Origin: Pseudomonadota bacterium
Lineage (GTDB): Bacteria > Campylobacterota > Campylobacteria > Campylobacterales > Sulfurimonadaceae
Direction: 5' to 3'
DNA: 64,000 bases
Assembly (NCBI GenBank): GCA_043797085.1
Contig: JAZDQA010000014.1
Span: forward strand, 105,235 to 169,234
Under the pieces are notes generated by a model. That model had not been told where the DNA came from. It did no database searches and saw only the letters and a list, made by a program, of their open reading frames with translations. Of the stretch, positions 50,932-61,285 are shown in pieces (position 1 is the stretch's first letter; each line of letters opens with the position of its first letter). The position numbers and the translations under genes were made by a program.

Positions 50932-52133
50932 TAAAGATACTCGCGCTCTAATGCAATAAGATCATCGAAACTTTCACGAGCACGAATAAGTCGAGCTTCA
51001 CCATTTTGGTACGCTACTTCAGCAGAGCGTCCTCGTGTGTTGTAGTTGCTTCCCATCCCAAAACCATACGCTCCGGCACTGTGAACGACCAATACATCAT
51101 TATGCTCCAGCATAGGTAATGGATATGCTTTTGCTAAAAAATCACCGCTTTCGCATACAGGACCCACAACATCCGCCAGTGACAATTCACCTTCTTTGTC
51201 CAATGCCTCAATACGATGATACGCATTGTAAAGACTGGGACGGATGAGATCATTCATCGCACCATCGACAACCACAAATCGTTTTTGACCATTTTTCTTT
51301 TCATACAATACTTTTGTCAAGAAATAACCGGCATTCGCCGTCAAAAAACGTCCCGGTTCACAAAGAATCGTCACATCAAGACCTTTAATCGCCCCTAAAA
51401 TAGCTTGCGCATAATCATAAGGGGTAATCGTTGTTTCATCATTATAACGAACTCCTAAACCACCGCCAATATCAAAAAATTTAAGATTAATATCAATGGC
51501 ACTCAATGAACGCATCAAATCAGCCACAATCACCGCTGCTTCATAGATGGGTTCGAGCTGGGTCAGTTGGCTTCCGATGTGAAAATGGATACCGACAGGA
51601 TCTAATGCGTCTGAGTTTTTTGATCGAATATACATCCGTTTAGCCGCATCAATTTCAACTCCAAATTTATTGTCATGAAGACCGGTAGAAATATAAGGAT
51701 GCGTTTGGGGATCGATATTCGGATTAACACGGATGCTGATACGCGCTTTGGTATTCAGTTCTTGCGCGATCATCTCGACTCGACCAAGTTCCGCTTCACT
51801 TTCTACATTGATGTAAAGAATATCGCTGGCAATCGCTTCGCGAATTTCATCGTCTCTCTTGCCCACACCGCTAAAAATAACCTTATACGCAGGAATACCT
51901 GCCATCAAAGCACGACGCACTTCCCCGATAGAAACACAATCCGCTCCTGAACCAAGAGAGGCAAAATGTTTAATGACGCTTAAATTAGAATTGGCTTTAA
52001 CCGCGTAGGCAAGAATCGATTTTCTCCCACGAAATGCCTCTTTAAGAGTCTCAAATTGCTCTTTCATTGCATCAAAATCATAAACATACAACGGTGTCCC
52101 GTAGGTTTGTGCCAAAGATTGAAATGGGATCAT
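50931..52133 (-). CDS. lysA: Diaminopimelate decarboxylase
   Basis: YAVKAN, HIGSQ, EPGR, GPVCESGD, SNYN; start set to ATG 52133. Confidence 0.97.
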   Translation of the reverse strand: MIPFQSLAQTYGTPLYVYDFDAMKEQFETLKEAFRGRKSILAYAVKANSNLSVIKHFASLGSGADCVSIGEVRRALMAGIPAYKVIFSGVGKRDDEIREAIASDILYINVESEAELGRVEMIAQELNTKARISIRVNPNIDPQTHPYISTGLHDNKFGVEIDAAKRMYIRSKNSDALDPVGIHFHIGSQLTQLEPIYEAAVIVADLMRSLSAIDINLKFFDIGGGLGVRYNDETTITPYDYAQAILGAIKGLDVTILCEPGRFLTANAGYFLTKVLYEKKNGQKRFVVVDGAMNDLIRPSLYNAYHRIEALDKEGELSLADVVGPVCESGDFLAKAYPLPMLEHNDVLVVHSAGAYGFGMGSNYNTRGRSAEVAYQNGEARLIRARESFDDLIALEREYL

Positions 52134-53227
52134 GCCACCCCTTTTTTTACTGAATTTATTCGCGATTTTATCCAAAACGAGCTTAGATGAAGCGTACTAA
52201 TGAGCGCAAGTATTCCAATAGGAACCATAATTCCAGCTTCCGGAGAGAGTGTTTTGTTGTTTGCGAGCTCACCGCTCATAAAGAGCAGTCCCCATACAAC
52301 CAACGTTATCAAGATGGAACCAAAACTGTATAAAGAAAGATTGCTAAAACGTGAACTCATAGGAACATAGGTATAAATAAGAATAATCATCATTAGCGCA
52401 AACCATGGTGTCAAAAAATTACGATACAAAGAACTTTTTACTTTTGAAAGATCAACATTTTGGGATTCCAACAGCTTCATAGCATCCAAAGCATCAACAA
52501 TCGTATAATTTACTTTACCTTCATAAATCTGATCCAAAATTTTAGGTCTAAAATCGTGCAATACCCGAATATTTTCGACATCGCGTATCGTAATTCCTTC
52601 TCCTTTTAAATTCAATGCTGCAGGCGGACGGATTATGTGAGCACGTTTGATATTCCAATAATGATCTTTATAATAGGCATCTTGTGCACTTAGCACTTCT
52701 TTAAACTTTCCCTTTTCAAAACTAAATACCCGTATGGTATGCGCCTCTTGGCTCATGGGATTGAGTGTTCCAAAAAAAATATAATTTCCTTCGTGGGTAA
52801 AAAATAAATTATTAGTTGGGGTCAAAAACTGTGATGATTCACGCAAATTATCCGCGTATTCATTTGCTCTGGCGAAAGAAGTCGCGTGTGCGGCGATATA
52901 AGCGCTAATGAGTGTAACCACGACAAAAAGAATGGGGGACAGCACCTTCATTCGAGAATAGCCAAGGGCATAAAAAGAGGTCAAGGCATTGGAACGGATG
53001 AGCTCGATAATCGTCGCAATAAAAGCAAATACTAATGAAATAGGCATCATCATATCCAAAGCATAAAGCCATTTATACATGCCATAGATGATAACTAAGT
53101 TTGCAGAAGAGGGGAGAGCTTCTCCGTTATTGAGCATATCAAATCCGAGCATAAATCCAGTCAGTGCTATAACAATAATCAGACAATAACGAAGGTATAA
53201 AAACGATACCGTTTTAAAAAAAAGCAT
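52130..53227 (-). CDS. LptF/LptG-family LPS export permease
   Basis: 3+3 TM helices around a periplasmic domain; degenerate LIRSNAL..FYALGYS motif. Confidence 0.8.
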   Translation of the reverse strand: MLFFKTVSFLYLRYCLIIVIALTGFMLGFDMLNNGEALPSSANLVIIYGMYKWLYALDMMMPISLVFAFIATIIELIRSNALTSFYALGYSRMKVLSPILFVVVTLISAYIAAHATSFARANEYADNLRESSQFLTPTNNLFFTHEGNYIFFGTLNPMSQEAHTIRVFSFEKGKFKEVLSAQDAYYKDHYWNIKRAHIIRPPAALNLKGEGITIRDVENIRVLHDFRPKILDQIYEGKVNYTIVDALDAMKLLESQNVDLSKVKSSLYRNFLTPWFALMMIILIYTYVPMSSRFSNLSLYSFGSILITLVVWGLLFMSGELANNKTLSPEAGIMVPIGILALISTLHLSSFWIKSRINSVKKGVA

Positions 53228-53256
53228 ACAAAAACCTAGTAACTAAATGGTCTTTA

Positions 53257-53811
53257 TTATAGCGTTAAACCTTTGATAGAACACTTTGATGAAACTTCAT
53301 TGCACTCTGACACAAGTAATAATTCTACGGCATCTGCAGCTTTACCAATCCACTCTTTTAGATGAACTTCTTCAAGAGGAGAAAAAGGGTGTAAAACATA
53401 ATCAGCTACTTGAGACTTATGCTCAGGTTTGCCAATCCCCATTCGGACACGAATATAATCTGCCCCAATAGCGCTATCGGCTGATTTTAGACCATTGTGC
53501 CCTCCATGTCCGCCACCCGTTTTAAAACGAAGTGCACCAAAAGGAAGATCTAAATCATCATGAATGACAATGACCTCATCGATCTTATAAAAGTTTTTAA
53601 CTGCAAGGATTGATTTACCGGAAAGATTCATATAGGTTGTAGGCTTAAGAAGAAAATGTCCACCCATTTTAAACAATTCCCCATAAAAGGAACTCTTTGA
53701 AACATCATGAACAGTATGGCGACGGCATAGCTCGTCGATGACCCTAAATCCAATATTATGACGCGTGAGAGTATACGCCGCTCCAGGATTTCCCAGACCG
53801 ACGATTAACAT
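53257..53811 (-). CDS. pth: Peptidyl-tRNA hydrolase
   Basis: GLGNPG, TRHNIGF, HDDLD, GGHNG. Confidence 0.97.
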   Translation of the reverse strand: MLIVGLGNPGAAYTLTRHNIGFRVIDELCRRHTVHDVSKSSFYGELFKMGGHFLLKPTTYMNLSGKSILAVKNFYKIDEVIVIHDDLDLPFGALRFKTGGGHGGHNGLKSADSAIGADYIRVRMGIGKPEHKSQVADYVLHPFSPLEEVHLKEWIGKAADAVELLLVSECNEVSSKCSIKGLTL

Positions 53812-53813
53812 AC

Positions 53814-54350
53814 TTATTTTGCTTTAATGATACTTAGAACTGATACGCGGTCCGCATCAGTAAAGGTAACATTTGCAACACTTGCAACATCACGAACCAA
53901 TACAGAATCGCCCAAATCAAGTGGTGCTACATTGATTTCAATTGCGTTTGGCAAGTTTTCGATTGCCGCTTTAACGCGAAGACGTTTTTTAGCAACAAAT
54001 AACATCCCTTTGTTTTTTAAACCGATTGGAGTTCCTACAGGCTTAACAGGGATATTATAATGAGCTACAAGACCAGTTTGTGCTACCATCAAATCAACGT
54101 GCAACAAGTTTCCAGAAACCGGATGAGACTCATATCCTTGAACAACAAGGTTCATCTCTTTACCCGCAATACTAACAGGAAATGCAATACTCTCTTTATT
54201 ACGAACAGTACGGATAAAATCGTTCATTTTGAACGCAGCATTGATATTCTCAAGCCCTTTTCCGTATATGTTTGCAATAAGATAACCATCACGGCGAAGC
54301 GCTTTTGTTGCAGGCTTGCCAATACTCTCTCTAAGAATGCCTTCTAGCAT
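53814..54350 (-). CDS. rplY: 50S ribosomal protein L25 / Ctc
   Basis: LRRDG.LIANIYGKG, HPV, HVD; adjacent to pth. Confidence 0.95.
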   Translation of the reverse strand: MLEGILRESIGKPATKALRRDGYLIANIYGKGLENINAAFKMNDFIRTVRNKESIAFPVSIAGKEMNLVVQGYESHPVSGNLLHVDLMVAQTGLVAHYNIPVKPVGTPIGLKNKGMLFVAKKRLRVKAAIENLPNAIEINVAPLDLGDSVLVRDVASVANVTFTDADRVSVLSIIKAK

Positions 54351-54420
54351 AGTGTGTCCTTTGGAAATAAAAATGAGGCGAATTATACTTAAAAATTGTT
54401 TAAAATACTATAAATTTTAT

Positions 54421-55614
54421 TTACCCTTTTAGCCCGATAAATTCTTCTTCTCTAAATTCTTTGGGCTCATCTTCTTTTCCGATTTGATTTTTATCAATCG
54501 TTCCTGCCATTCCTTCCATACGAAGCTTTAAATCCGATGCCGAAGTAGCGTATGCGAGAGCATCTTCACGAGAAATTCGTCCTGCTAAATAAAGGTCTAA
54601 AATCCCCTGATCAAAGGTTTGTGATTTATACAGTTCTTTTCCCTCTGCAATCGTATCAGGAATTTCAATATCACGATTTTCCGCAATCAGCTGTTCAATA
54701 CGTGCAGTCCGGACCAACACTTCCAATGCTGCAACCCTCTTCCCATCCACTGTAGGGATAAGGCGTTGAGAAATAACTCCCTTTAATACCGATGAAAGCG
54801 TCATACGAACACGATTTTGCTCCACCGATGGAAATACCGAAACAATACGGTTCACCGTCTCCTTCGCATCCAAGGTATGCAGTGTTGAAAATACCAAATG
54901 CCCCGTATCCGCAGCATGAAGGGCAATTTCTATGGTCTCCATATCCCGCATTTCCCCAACGAGGATAATATCAGGATCTTCACGCAGTGCAGCACGCAAT
55001 GCCCCGCCAAAACTGTGAGTATCCTGCCCGACACTACGTTGATTGACAATACACTTTCGATCTTTATGAACAAACTCGATAGGATCTTCAATAGTAATAA
55101 TGTGCTTACGCTTATTCCAGTTAATCTCATTAATCAAAGCTGCAAGTGTCGTCGATTTACCGCTTCCGGTAACCCCTGTCACTAACACCAATCCACGCTC
55201 CATTTGCGCAAAACTGTGAACAATATCTGGAAGATTTAGCTCATCGATGGTTAATATTTTTATAGGAATTAAACGGAATACGGCTGAAATTCCTTCCATT
55301 TGGAAAAAGATATTAATACGAAAGCGGGTATTTTCATCAAACGGGTAGACAAGGTCAAGCTCTTTTTTTTCAACCAATTCATGAAAACGGGTACGCAATA
55401 ACTCTTTTGCAAAAATAAGTGCATCATCTTTGGAAAATATTTCTCCCGACAAAGGAATAATTTCTCCATTCACCCGTGCACGTACAACGGCATTGGCTTT
55501 AATGTGCAAGTCACTTCCCCCTGCATCAACCATACGACGTAAATAACCGCGTATTTTTTTTAATACTTCAAAATTCAAATCGTCTAAATTATTATAGTGG
55601 CCTTCGTCTATCAT
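54421..55614 (-). CDS. pilT: PilT/PilU-family type IV pilus ATPase
   Basis: SDLH, GVTGSGKST, EDPIE, REDPDIILVGEMRD, STLHT. Confidence 0.9.
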   Translation of the reverse strand: MIDEGHYNNLDDLNFEVLKKIRGYLRRMVDAGGSDLHIKANAVVRARVNGEIIPLSGEIFSKDDALIFAKELLRTRFHELVEKKELDLVYPFDENTRFRINIFFQMEGISAVFRLIPIKILTIDELNLPDIVHSFAQMERGLVLVTGVTGSGKSTTLAALINEINWNKRKHIITIEDPIEFVHKDRKCIVNQRSVGQDTHSFGGALRAALREDPDIILVGEMRDMETIEIALHAADTGHLVFSTLHTLDAKETVNRIVSVFPSVEQNRVRMTLSSVLKGVISQRLIPTVDGKRVAALEVLVRTARIEQLIAENRDIEIPDTIAEGKELYKSQTFDQGILDLYLAGRISREDALAYATSASDLKLRMEGMAGTIDKNQIGKEDEPKEFREEEFIGLKG

Positions 55615-55616
55615 TG

Positions 55617-56600
55617 CTACTCCAATGCACTTAAAATTTCACTAAAAGCTGTTTTGAATGCGTCCAGCCCTTCTCGTATCTGTGCCTCAATTACGACATC
55701 CATATCCACACCCGCCTTTCGTACCCTTTGTTTATGCGCTTCTATCTTTTCATTTGCAATGGGAAGCTTAATCATCTTATCCCCTCTCGCGACATAGGCT
55801 TCAATCGTTGCAATAGGTGCCGTATTCACACTGTTACATGCAAGCAATTCATCAATATAATAAGATGCTCTCAGATCATCACCCTTGACACCGGTACTGG
55901 CAAAAAGAACACGACAGTTTGGTACGTTCAAGGCTTCAACTTTATTATAAATATCTGCCGCATTCATAATCCCCATAAGCCCCGGTTCAATACCTGAAGA
56001 GACCAATTTATCATCAATAGCTCTATCGATTCTACTGACAAAAACACTAATTACGCTGTTTACGATATTGTGTGCTTCTTGAGCCGCATCAAAAAAGGCT
56101 TTAGCGCATTGAATTGCTTGATGTTCTGAAAAAATCAAAGTGGCATTCACCGGAATATTACGAGATGCCAATACCTTCATCGCACCATAGCCAGCCTCTG
56201 TTGCGGGAACTTTAATCATAACATTAGGACGTCCAATGCTCTCATAGAGTCGAATTCCCTCCGCGATTGTCCCGTGCGTGTCATCACACAAAAAAGGATC
56301 AACTTCGATACTCACATACCCATCATCACCCGTATCATACAAAGGTCGTAAAATATCTGCAGCTTTTTGAATATCAAAAATGGCAACGCTCTCGTATTTT
56401 TCTTTTGGTGTTAAAGAGGATAATGTTTCAAGTTGTTCTTTGTACGCATCTGAAGTAAGGATGGCATTTTTAAAAATAGCAGGGTTTGAAGTGGCTCCGT
56501 TAATAATACCTTGAGCAATCAGTTCCTTAAAACCTTCATCCAAAAAAGTTCGCTCAATAAAATCAGCCCATAATGAAAAACGAGATGCGGGAATATACAT
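55617..56600 (-). CDS. tal: Transaldolase
   Basis: GATSNPAIF, SIEV.P, MIKVPAT, NATLIFS, SVFVSR; start set to ATG 56600. Confidence 0.95.
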   Translation of the reverse strand: MYIPASRFSLWADFIERTFLDEGFKELIAQGIINGATSNPAIFKNAILTSDAYKEQLETLSSLTPKEKYESVAIFDIQKAADILRPLYDTGDDGYVSIEVDPFLCDDTHGTIAEGIRLYESIGRPNVMIKVPATEAGYGAMKVLASRNIPVNATLIFSEHQAIQCAKAFFDAAQEAHNIVNSVISVFVSRIDRAIDDKLVSSGIEPGLMGIMNAADIYNKVEALNVPNCRVLFASTGVKGDDLRASYYIDELLACNSVNTAPIATIEAYVARGDKMIKLPIANEKIEAHKQRVRKAGVDMDVVIEAQIREGLDAFKTAFSEILSALE

Positions 56601-56664
56601 AAATTTTGACTCCAAGCGTTTAAAAGTAAAACGATTATGCCAAAAAATTATTTAAAGTTGCGAT

Positions 56665-57330
56665 TTATGCCCAGTGAGAAATCGTCAATCCATCACGTGA
56701 ACTCTTTAGTCGCTTTAAAAAATCGTTTCTGGACACCTCTATTGCCCCTAAACTTTTGAGATGCTGCGTCGGTACCTGACAGTCAATAAACTCATATCCC
56801 CACTGTGTCAAATACTCGATTAATACGGCAAATGCTACTTTTGAAGCATCCGAAACACGTGCAAACATCGATTCTCCGCAAAATACTTTTCCTACACTCA
56901 CACCGTACAATCCCCCTACCAAGAGACCATCTTGGTACGCTTCGACGCTGTGTGCATATCCCAATGCGTGTAACACTTCATACGCCTCAATCATCTCAGG
57001 AACAATCCAAGTCCCTTTTTGCTGACCTCGGGGAGCTTTTGCGCACTCTCGTATCACCTGTGAAAAAGCCGTGTCAAATTTAATCTCAAATTGGGGTATT
57101 TTTTTACGCAATGAACGGTGCAGTTTAAAATCACTGAGTTCTAAAATAAGACGGGGATTGGGTGACCACCATAAAATTGGGTCACCTATACTGTACCATG
57201 GGAAAATTCCATTTCGATAAGCTAACATCAATCGTGAAGGTGAAAGATCACCGCCATACGCCACAATCCCCTCAGCAGAAGCATCTGCAGGATTAGGGAA
57301 CGAGAGATCATGAGAAAGGCGCGGAATCAT
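56665..57330 (-). CDS. aat: Leucyl/phenylalanyl-tRNA--protein transferase
   Basis: GIFPWY, WWSPNPR, AHSVE, GESMF, DASK, DCQ. Confidence 0.96.
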   Translation of the reverse strand: MIPRLSHDLSFPNPADASAEGIVAYGGDLSPSRLMLAYRNGIFPWYSIGDPILWWSPNPRLILELSDFKLHRSLRKKIPQFEIKFDTAFSQVIRECAKAPRGQQKGTWIVPEMIEAYEVLHALGYAHSVEAYQDGLLVGGLYGVSVGKVFCGESMFARVSDASKVAFAVLIEYLTQWGYEFIDCQVPTQHLKSLGAIEVSRNDFLKRLKSSRDGLTISHWA

Positions 57331-59511
57331 TTATGCCTGATAATCAAAAATAAGCACTTCATTGAAATCGATGGTCACTTTACCACCTTGCGTCAGCTTG
57401 CCGAACAATATCTCATCCACTAATGGATCTTTGATTTTTTCTTGTATCACCCGAGCTAGTGGTCGTGCCCCCATTGCTTTATCGTATCCAATACGCGCTA
57501 AATATTCTTTGGCTTTTTCACTCACTGTAATGGAAACTTTTTTCAGTTTTAGCTGAATATTCAATTCTCGGATAAACTTATCGACTATCCCCTCCACAAC
57601 CGACGTTGGCAATGCAGCAAACTCCACAACGGCATCAAGACGATTGCGAAATTCAGGGGTAAAAAACGATTTAAGTGCTTCATGTCGTGAAATCGAACTG
57701 TCTGCATTAAATCCCATCACGGTTCGCTCAGTTGCACCTATGTTTGATGTCATAATTAAAACCACATTGGCAAAATTCGCTTTGTATCCGTTGTTATCGG
57801 TCAATGTCGCATTGTCCATCACTTGAAGTAAAATATTGACCAAATCAGGGTGGGCTTTCTCAATCTCATCCAGTAAAAGAACCGTATAGGGGTGCTTTCT
57901 CACAGCTTCACTTAACAATCCCCCCTGCTCAAACCCGACATACCCCGGAGGAGCACCGATTAGACGGCTAATAGCGTGTTTTTCCATATACTCGGACATA
58001 TCAAACCGCTCAAAATGAATTCCCATCGAGTGTGCAAGGGATTTGGCAAGTTCTGTTTTCCCAACTCCCGTAGGTCCTGAAAACAAGAATGAAGCAATCG
58101 GTTTATTCGGTTGAGACAAACCTGCGTACGAGCGTTTAATGGAACGAACAACTTGCACGATAGCGTTATCTTGCCCAATAACGAGTGTTTTTAGTTCTTC
58201 TTCTAGCCCTGCTAGTTTAGAGCGATCATCCCCTGACATTTTAGAGATAGGAACACCCGTCATCTTAGAGACAATCGTCTCTATATCATTAGGGGTAACG
58301 GTCGTGCGTTTATGACGATGCAAATGAAACGATGCTCCCGCTTCGTCCATCAAATCAATGGCAACGTCGGGTAAAAATCGATCCGTGATAAATTTTTTGG
58401 AAAGATCCACCGCACTTCGTAAGGTTTTATCGGTATATTTTACACCGTGATGTTTTTCATACCGTTCTCGAAGCCCTTTGAGTATTAAAAAGCTCTCCTC
58501 ATGCGATGGCTCATTCACCTCGATACGTGCAAACCGTCGGCTTAAAGCTCGGTCTTTTTCAAAAACCGATCGATATTCCGCATGGGTAGTTGCCCCCATA
58601 CATTTGAGATTTCCGGATGCTAGGGCAGGTTTTAGCTGATTGGATGCGTCCATACTCCCCCCACCGACTGCTCCGGCTCCTACGATAGTATGTATCTCAT
58701 CTATAAATAAAATAGCATTGGGATGCCCCTGAACTTCATCGATAACCGCTTTAAGCCGTTTTTCAAAATCACCGCGATATTTTGTCCCTGCAAGCATCGC
58801 CCCTAAATCCAATGCAAAAAGCTCTGCATTTTCGAGAAGTTTGGGAACATCACCAGAGACGATACGTAGTGCCAATCCTTCTGCGATCGCCGTTTTGCCC
58901 ACTCCCGGTTCACCGATAAGAAGAGGATTGTTTTTACGGCGACGGCAAAGGGTCTGTATAGCACGTTCGATTTCATTAACACGACCGATGACTGGATCAA
59001 TTTTCCCTTTTTTAACCTGTTCTATCAAATTAATCGAATATTTTTCCAATGCACCTTGAGTTTCTTCGTTTTGCATCGGTGCATCAAGATCTTGATGCGA
59101 AATCGCTTCTAGTAAATCAACACGGCTAATTCCATACTCTTCAAGCAGTAGACATGCGTATGTGTGGTGCTCTTCATACACTGCGGCAATAAAATCACCT
59201 ACATCTGCATGCTGTTTTTGAGCACTTTTGACATGACGCATCATCTCATCGATCATACGAGCGAGGGCTACCGTTTCAAAAGGTTCTTGATTTACTTCTT
59301 CAGGAAGAGGTTCCATGGAATGCATTAGATAATGTCCCAACGCCTCACGAATAACTTCAATCTCTCCACCGCATGCTTTAATAATTGAAGCACCTTCTGC
59401 AGAGTTTAACAACGAAAGCATCACATGCTCAATCGTGAGATATTCATGTCGCTGATGACGGGCTAATGCAATCGCTTTTTGAAAAATTGAGTTTAGTTGG
59501 GCACTTATCAT
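57331..59511 (-). CDS. clpA: ATP-dependent Clp protease ATP-binding subunit ClpA
   Basis: HEYLTIEH, two AAA modules (GEPGVGKT, GPTGVGKT), MGF loop; start set to ATG 59511. Confidence 0.96.
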   Translation of the reverse strand: MISAQLNSIFQKAIALARHQRHEYLTIEHVMLSLLNSAEGASIIKACGGEIEVIREALGHYLMHSMEPLPEEVNQEPFETVALARMIDEMMRHVKSAQKQHADVGDFIAAVYEEHHTYACLLLEEYGISRVDLLEAISHQDLDAPMQNEETQGALEKYSINLIEQVKKGKIDPVIGRVNEIERAIQTLCRRRKNNPLLIGEPGVGKTAIAEGLALRIVSGDVPKLLENAELFALDLGAMLAGTKYRGDFEKRLKAVIDEVQGHPNAILFIDEIHTIVGAGAVGGGSMDASNQLKPALASGNLKCMGATTHAEYRSVFEKDRALSRRFARIEVNEPSHEESFLILKGLRERYEKHHGVKYTDKTLRSAVDLSKKFITDRFLPDVAIDLMDEAGASFHLHRHKRTTVTPNDIETIVSKMTGVPISKMSGDDRSKLAGLEEELKTLVIGQDNAIVQVVRSIKRSYAGLSQPNKPIASFLFSGPTGVGKTELAKSLAHSMGIHFERFDMSEYMEKHAISRLIGAPPGYVGFEQGGLLSEAVRKHPYTVLLLDEIEKAHPDLVNILLQVMDNATLTDNNGYKANFANVVLIMTSNIGATERTVMGFNADSSISRHEALKSFFTPEFRNRLDAVVEFAALPTSVVEGIVDKFIRELNIQLKLKKVSITVSEKAKEYLARIGYDKAMGARPLARVIQEKIKDPLVDEILFGKLTQGGKVTIDFNEVLIFDYQA

Positions 59512-59810
59512 CAAACTTCCTCCATCACAGCTTTCAATGGAAAACCGCTCTCTCTGGAGAGGGAACCAACTTGCTGAATTTTTGTTTCCGCAATTTCGTA
59601 CGAATACGTTCCGCATAAACCTCGACCGTTTTGATGAACCTGCATCATAATCTGATGTGCTTGGGCATAACTTTTACGAAAAATACCGATCAATATATCA
59701 ATAACAAAATCCATAGACGTATAATCGTCGTTCAACAAATAGACATGATATTTTTTTGGCTCTCGAAGATCCAAAGAATTTTCAAGGCTGTGTTGTGTTT
59801 TTGTACTCAC
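59511..59810 (-). CDS. clpS: Clp protease adaptor ClpS
   Basis: LNDDYTSMDFV, VH..GRG, FPLK. Confidence 0.96.
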   Translation of the reverse strand: MSTKTQHSLENSLDLREPKKYHVYLLNDDYTSMDFVIDILIGIFRKSYAQAHQIMMQVHQNGRGLCGTYSYEIAETKIQQVGSLSRESGFPLKAVMEEV

Positions 59811-59863
59811 GATTATCCCTAATTTTAAAAAATAACTTTAACAAGCATCGCGTATTGTTTGGC

Positions 59864-61111
59864 TTAAAAAGATGAATTACGTGCTGCAATAAAATCATTA
59901 ATAATATCATCAGGATTTTCAAGCCCGACAGAGATACGGATCAACCCTTCGGTTATCCCTAAAAATTCTCTGGCGGATTCATCAAACTCGCGATAAATCG
60001 TTGATGCCATGTGAAGCCCTAATGTTCGAGAATCCCCAATATTAGCGGTAATAGTAATTAGTTTTGACCGGTTTAAAAAGGCAAAAGCCGCCTCTTTACT
60101 CCCCATATCAATCGTGAATAAGGTTCCGCATCCTTGCGAAAACTGCTTGACATAACGTTCATGGTGGGGATGACTTGGCAATGCAGGATGATTGATAACA
60201 AATCCTAACTCATCTAACTCTTTTGCAATTTTCTCCACACTCGATACGACTCTGTCCATTCGTAACGGTAATGTTTCAAGACCTAGCATCGTTAAGTAGC
60301 TTCCAAAACCGTTTGCAGACATTCCAAAATCACGCAATGCACGCTTTTTTGCATTTCCTATGAGCGCCATTTTTCCCATTTTTTTGATAAAAGGGTGAAC
60401 TTCTGCGTAACGCTCTCCCTTAAACTTATCGTCACCCTCATTAATTGCTCGAAAAACAACCGCCCCACCTAACGATGACGCATTACCGGTAATAATCTTG
60501 GTGGTTGAGTAAACAATAATATCAGCACCCAGTGCAATCGGTTTGACACTCAGAGGAGTAATAGTATTATCCACCATTAACACCACCCCATATCTATTGG
60601 CGATGTCTGCAATGGCTTTAATATCCGGAAGACGCATATTGGGGTTACCCACACTCTCTAAAAAAAGTATCTTGGTTTTATCTGTAATAGCCGCTTCAAT
60701 AGCTTCAAGCTCATCCACATCGAAAAATCTCGTCATAATCCCAAAGCGCGTCAAGGTTTCGGAAAAATACGAATAGGTTCCTCCGAACAATCCCCCAACA
60801 CTGAGTATCTCATCACCGCTTTTCAATAGACTAAGTGTAGCCATAGCTGTAGCCCCCATACCGCTGGATGCCGCAACCGCACCAACACCACCATCCATCT
60901 GAGCTAAAATCTGCTCCAACTGTGCCGACGTGGGATTTCCCATGCGTGAATAAAGCGGTTTTTTGACTGAACCATCAAAGATTCCCTCACCCGTTTCGCT
61001 ATCGCCATATCCAAATGATGCCGAATTAATTATCACAGGGCTAACCGCCCCCTCTTTTTTTCCTACTTGCTGAACAAATTGTGTTGTATACTCTTCAAAG
61101 CGATTCATCAT
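59864..61111 (-). CDS. Cys/Met metabolism PLP enzyme (O-acetylhomoserine sulfhydrylase, MetY-like)
   Basis: YSRMGNPT, SSGMGA, VDNT, YSTTK, GLETLPLR, NIGD, RISVGLE. Confidence 0.85.
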   Translation of the reverse strand: MMNRFEEYTTQFVQQVGKKEGAVSPVIINSASFGYGDSETGEGIFDGSVKKPLYSRMGNPTSAQLEQILAQMDGGVGAVAASSGMGATAMATLSLLKSGDEILSVGGLFGGTYSYFSETLTRFGIMTRFFDVDELEAIEAAITDKTKILFLESVGNPNMRLPDIKAIADIANRYGVVLMVDNTITPLSVKPIALGADIIVYSTTKIITGNASSLGGAVVFRAINEGDDKFKGERYAEVHPFIKKMGKMALIGNAKKRALRDFGMSANGFGSYLTMLGLETLPLRMDRVVSSVEKIAKELDELGFVINHPALPSHPHHERYVKQFSQGCGTLFTIDMGSKEAAFAFLNRSKLITITANIGDSRTLGLHMASTIYREFDESAREFLGITEGLIRISVGLENPDDIINDFIAARNSSF

Positions 61112-61139
61112 CAAACCTATAGTAAAATTTTAGTAACTA

Positions 61140-61234
61140 CCTTGAAAATCTCGAAAACTTATAGTTTTCGTAGCTTCAGGGGATTGCAAAGGACTATTGT
61201 CCTTGCCACTAAAACGGACTTGTCTGTTTTAGTG
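61140..61234. repeat. Three-hairpin intergenic element (REP/MITE-like or structured leader)
   Basis: CGAAAACT-TAT-AGTTTTCG; GCAAAGGAC-TATT-GTCCTTGC; CACTAAAACGGAC-TT-GTCTGTTTTAGTG. Confidence 0.6.
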
Positions 61235-61285
61235 CATAACATTGAAGTCAAAAATGTCACCAATTATAGCTAAAAGAGCCCAACC

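Noticed and set aside
61115..61285. Known SAM riboswitch upstream of the metY-like gene
   Set aside because: No SAM-I or SAM-II consensus seen, and wobble pairs favour the opposite strand; kept only as an unclassified structure
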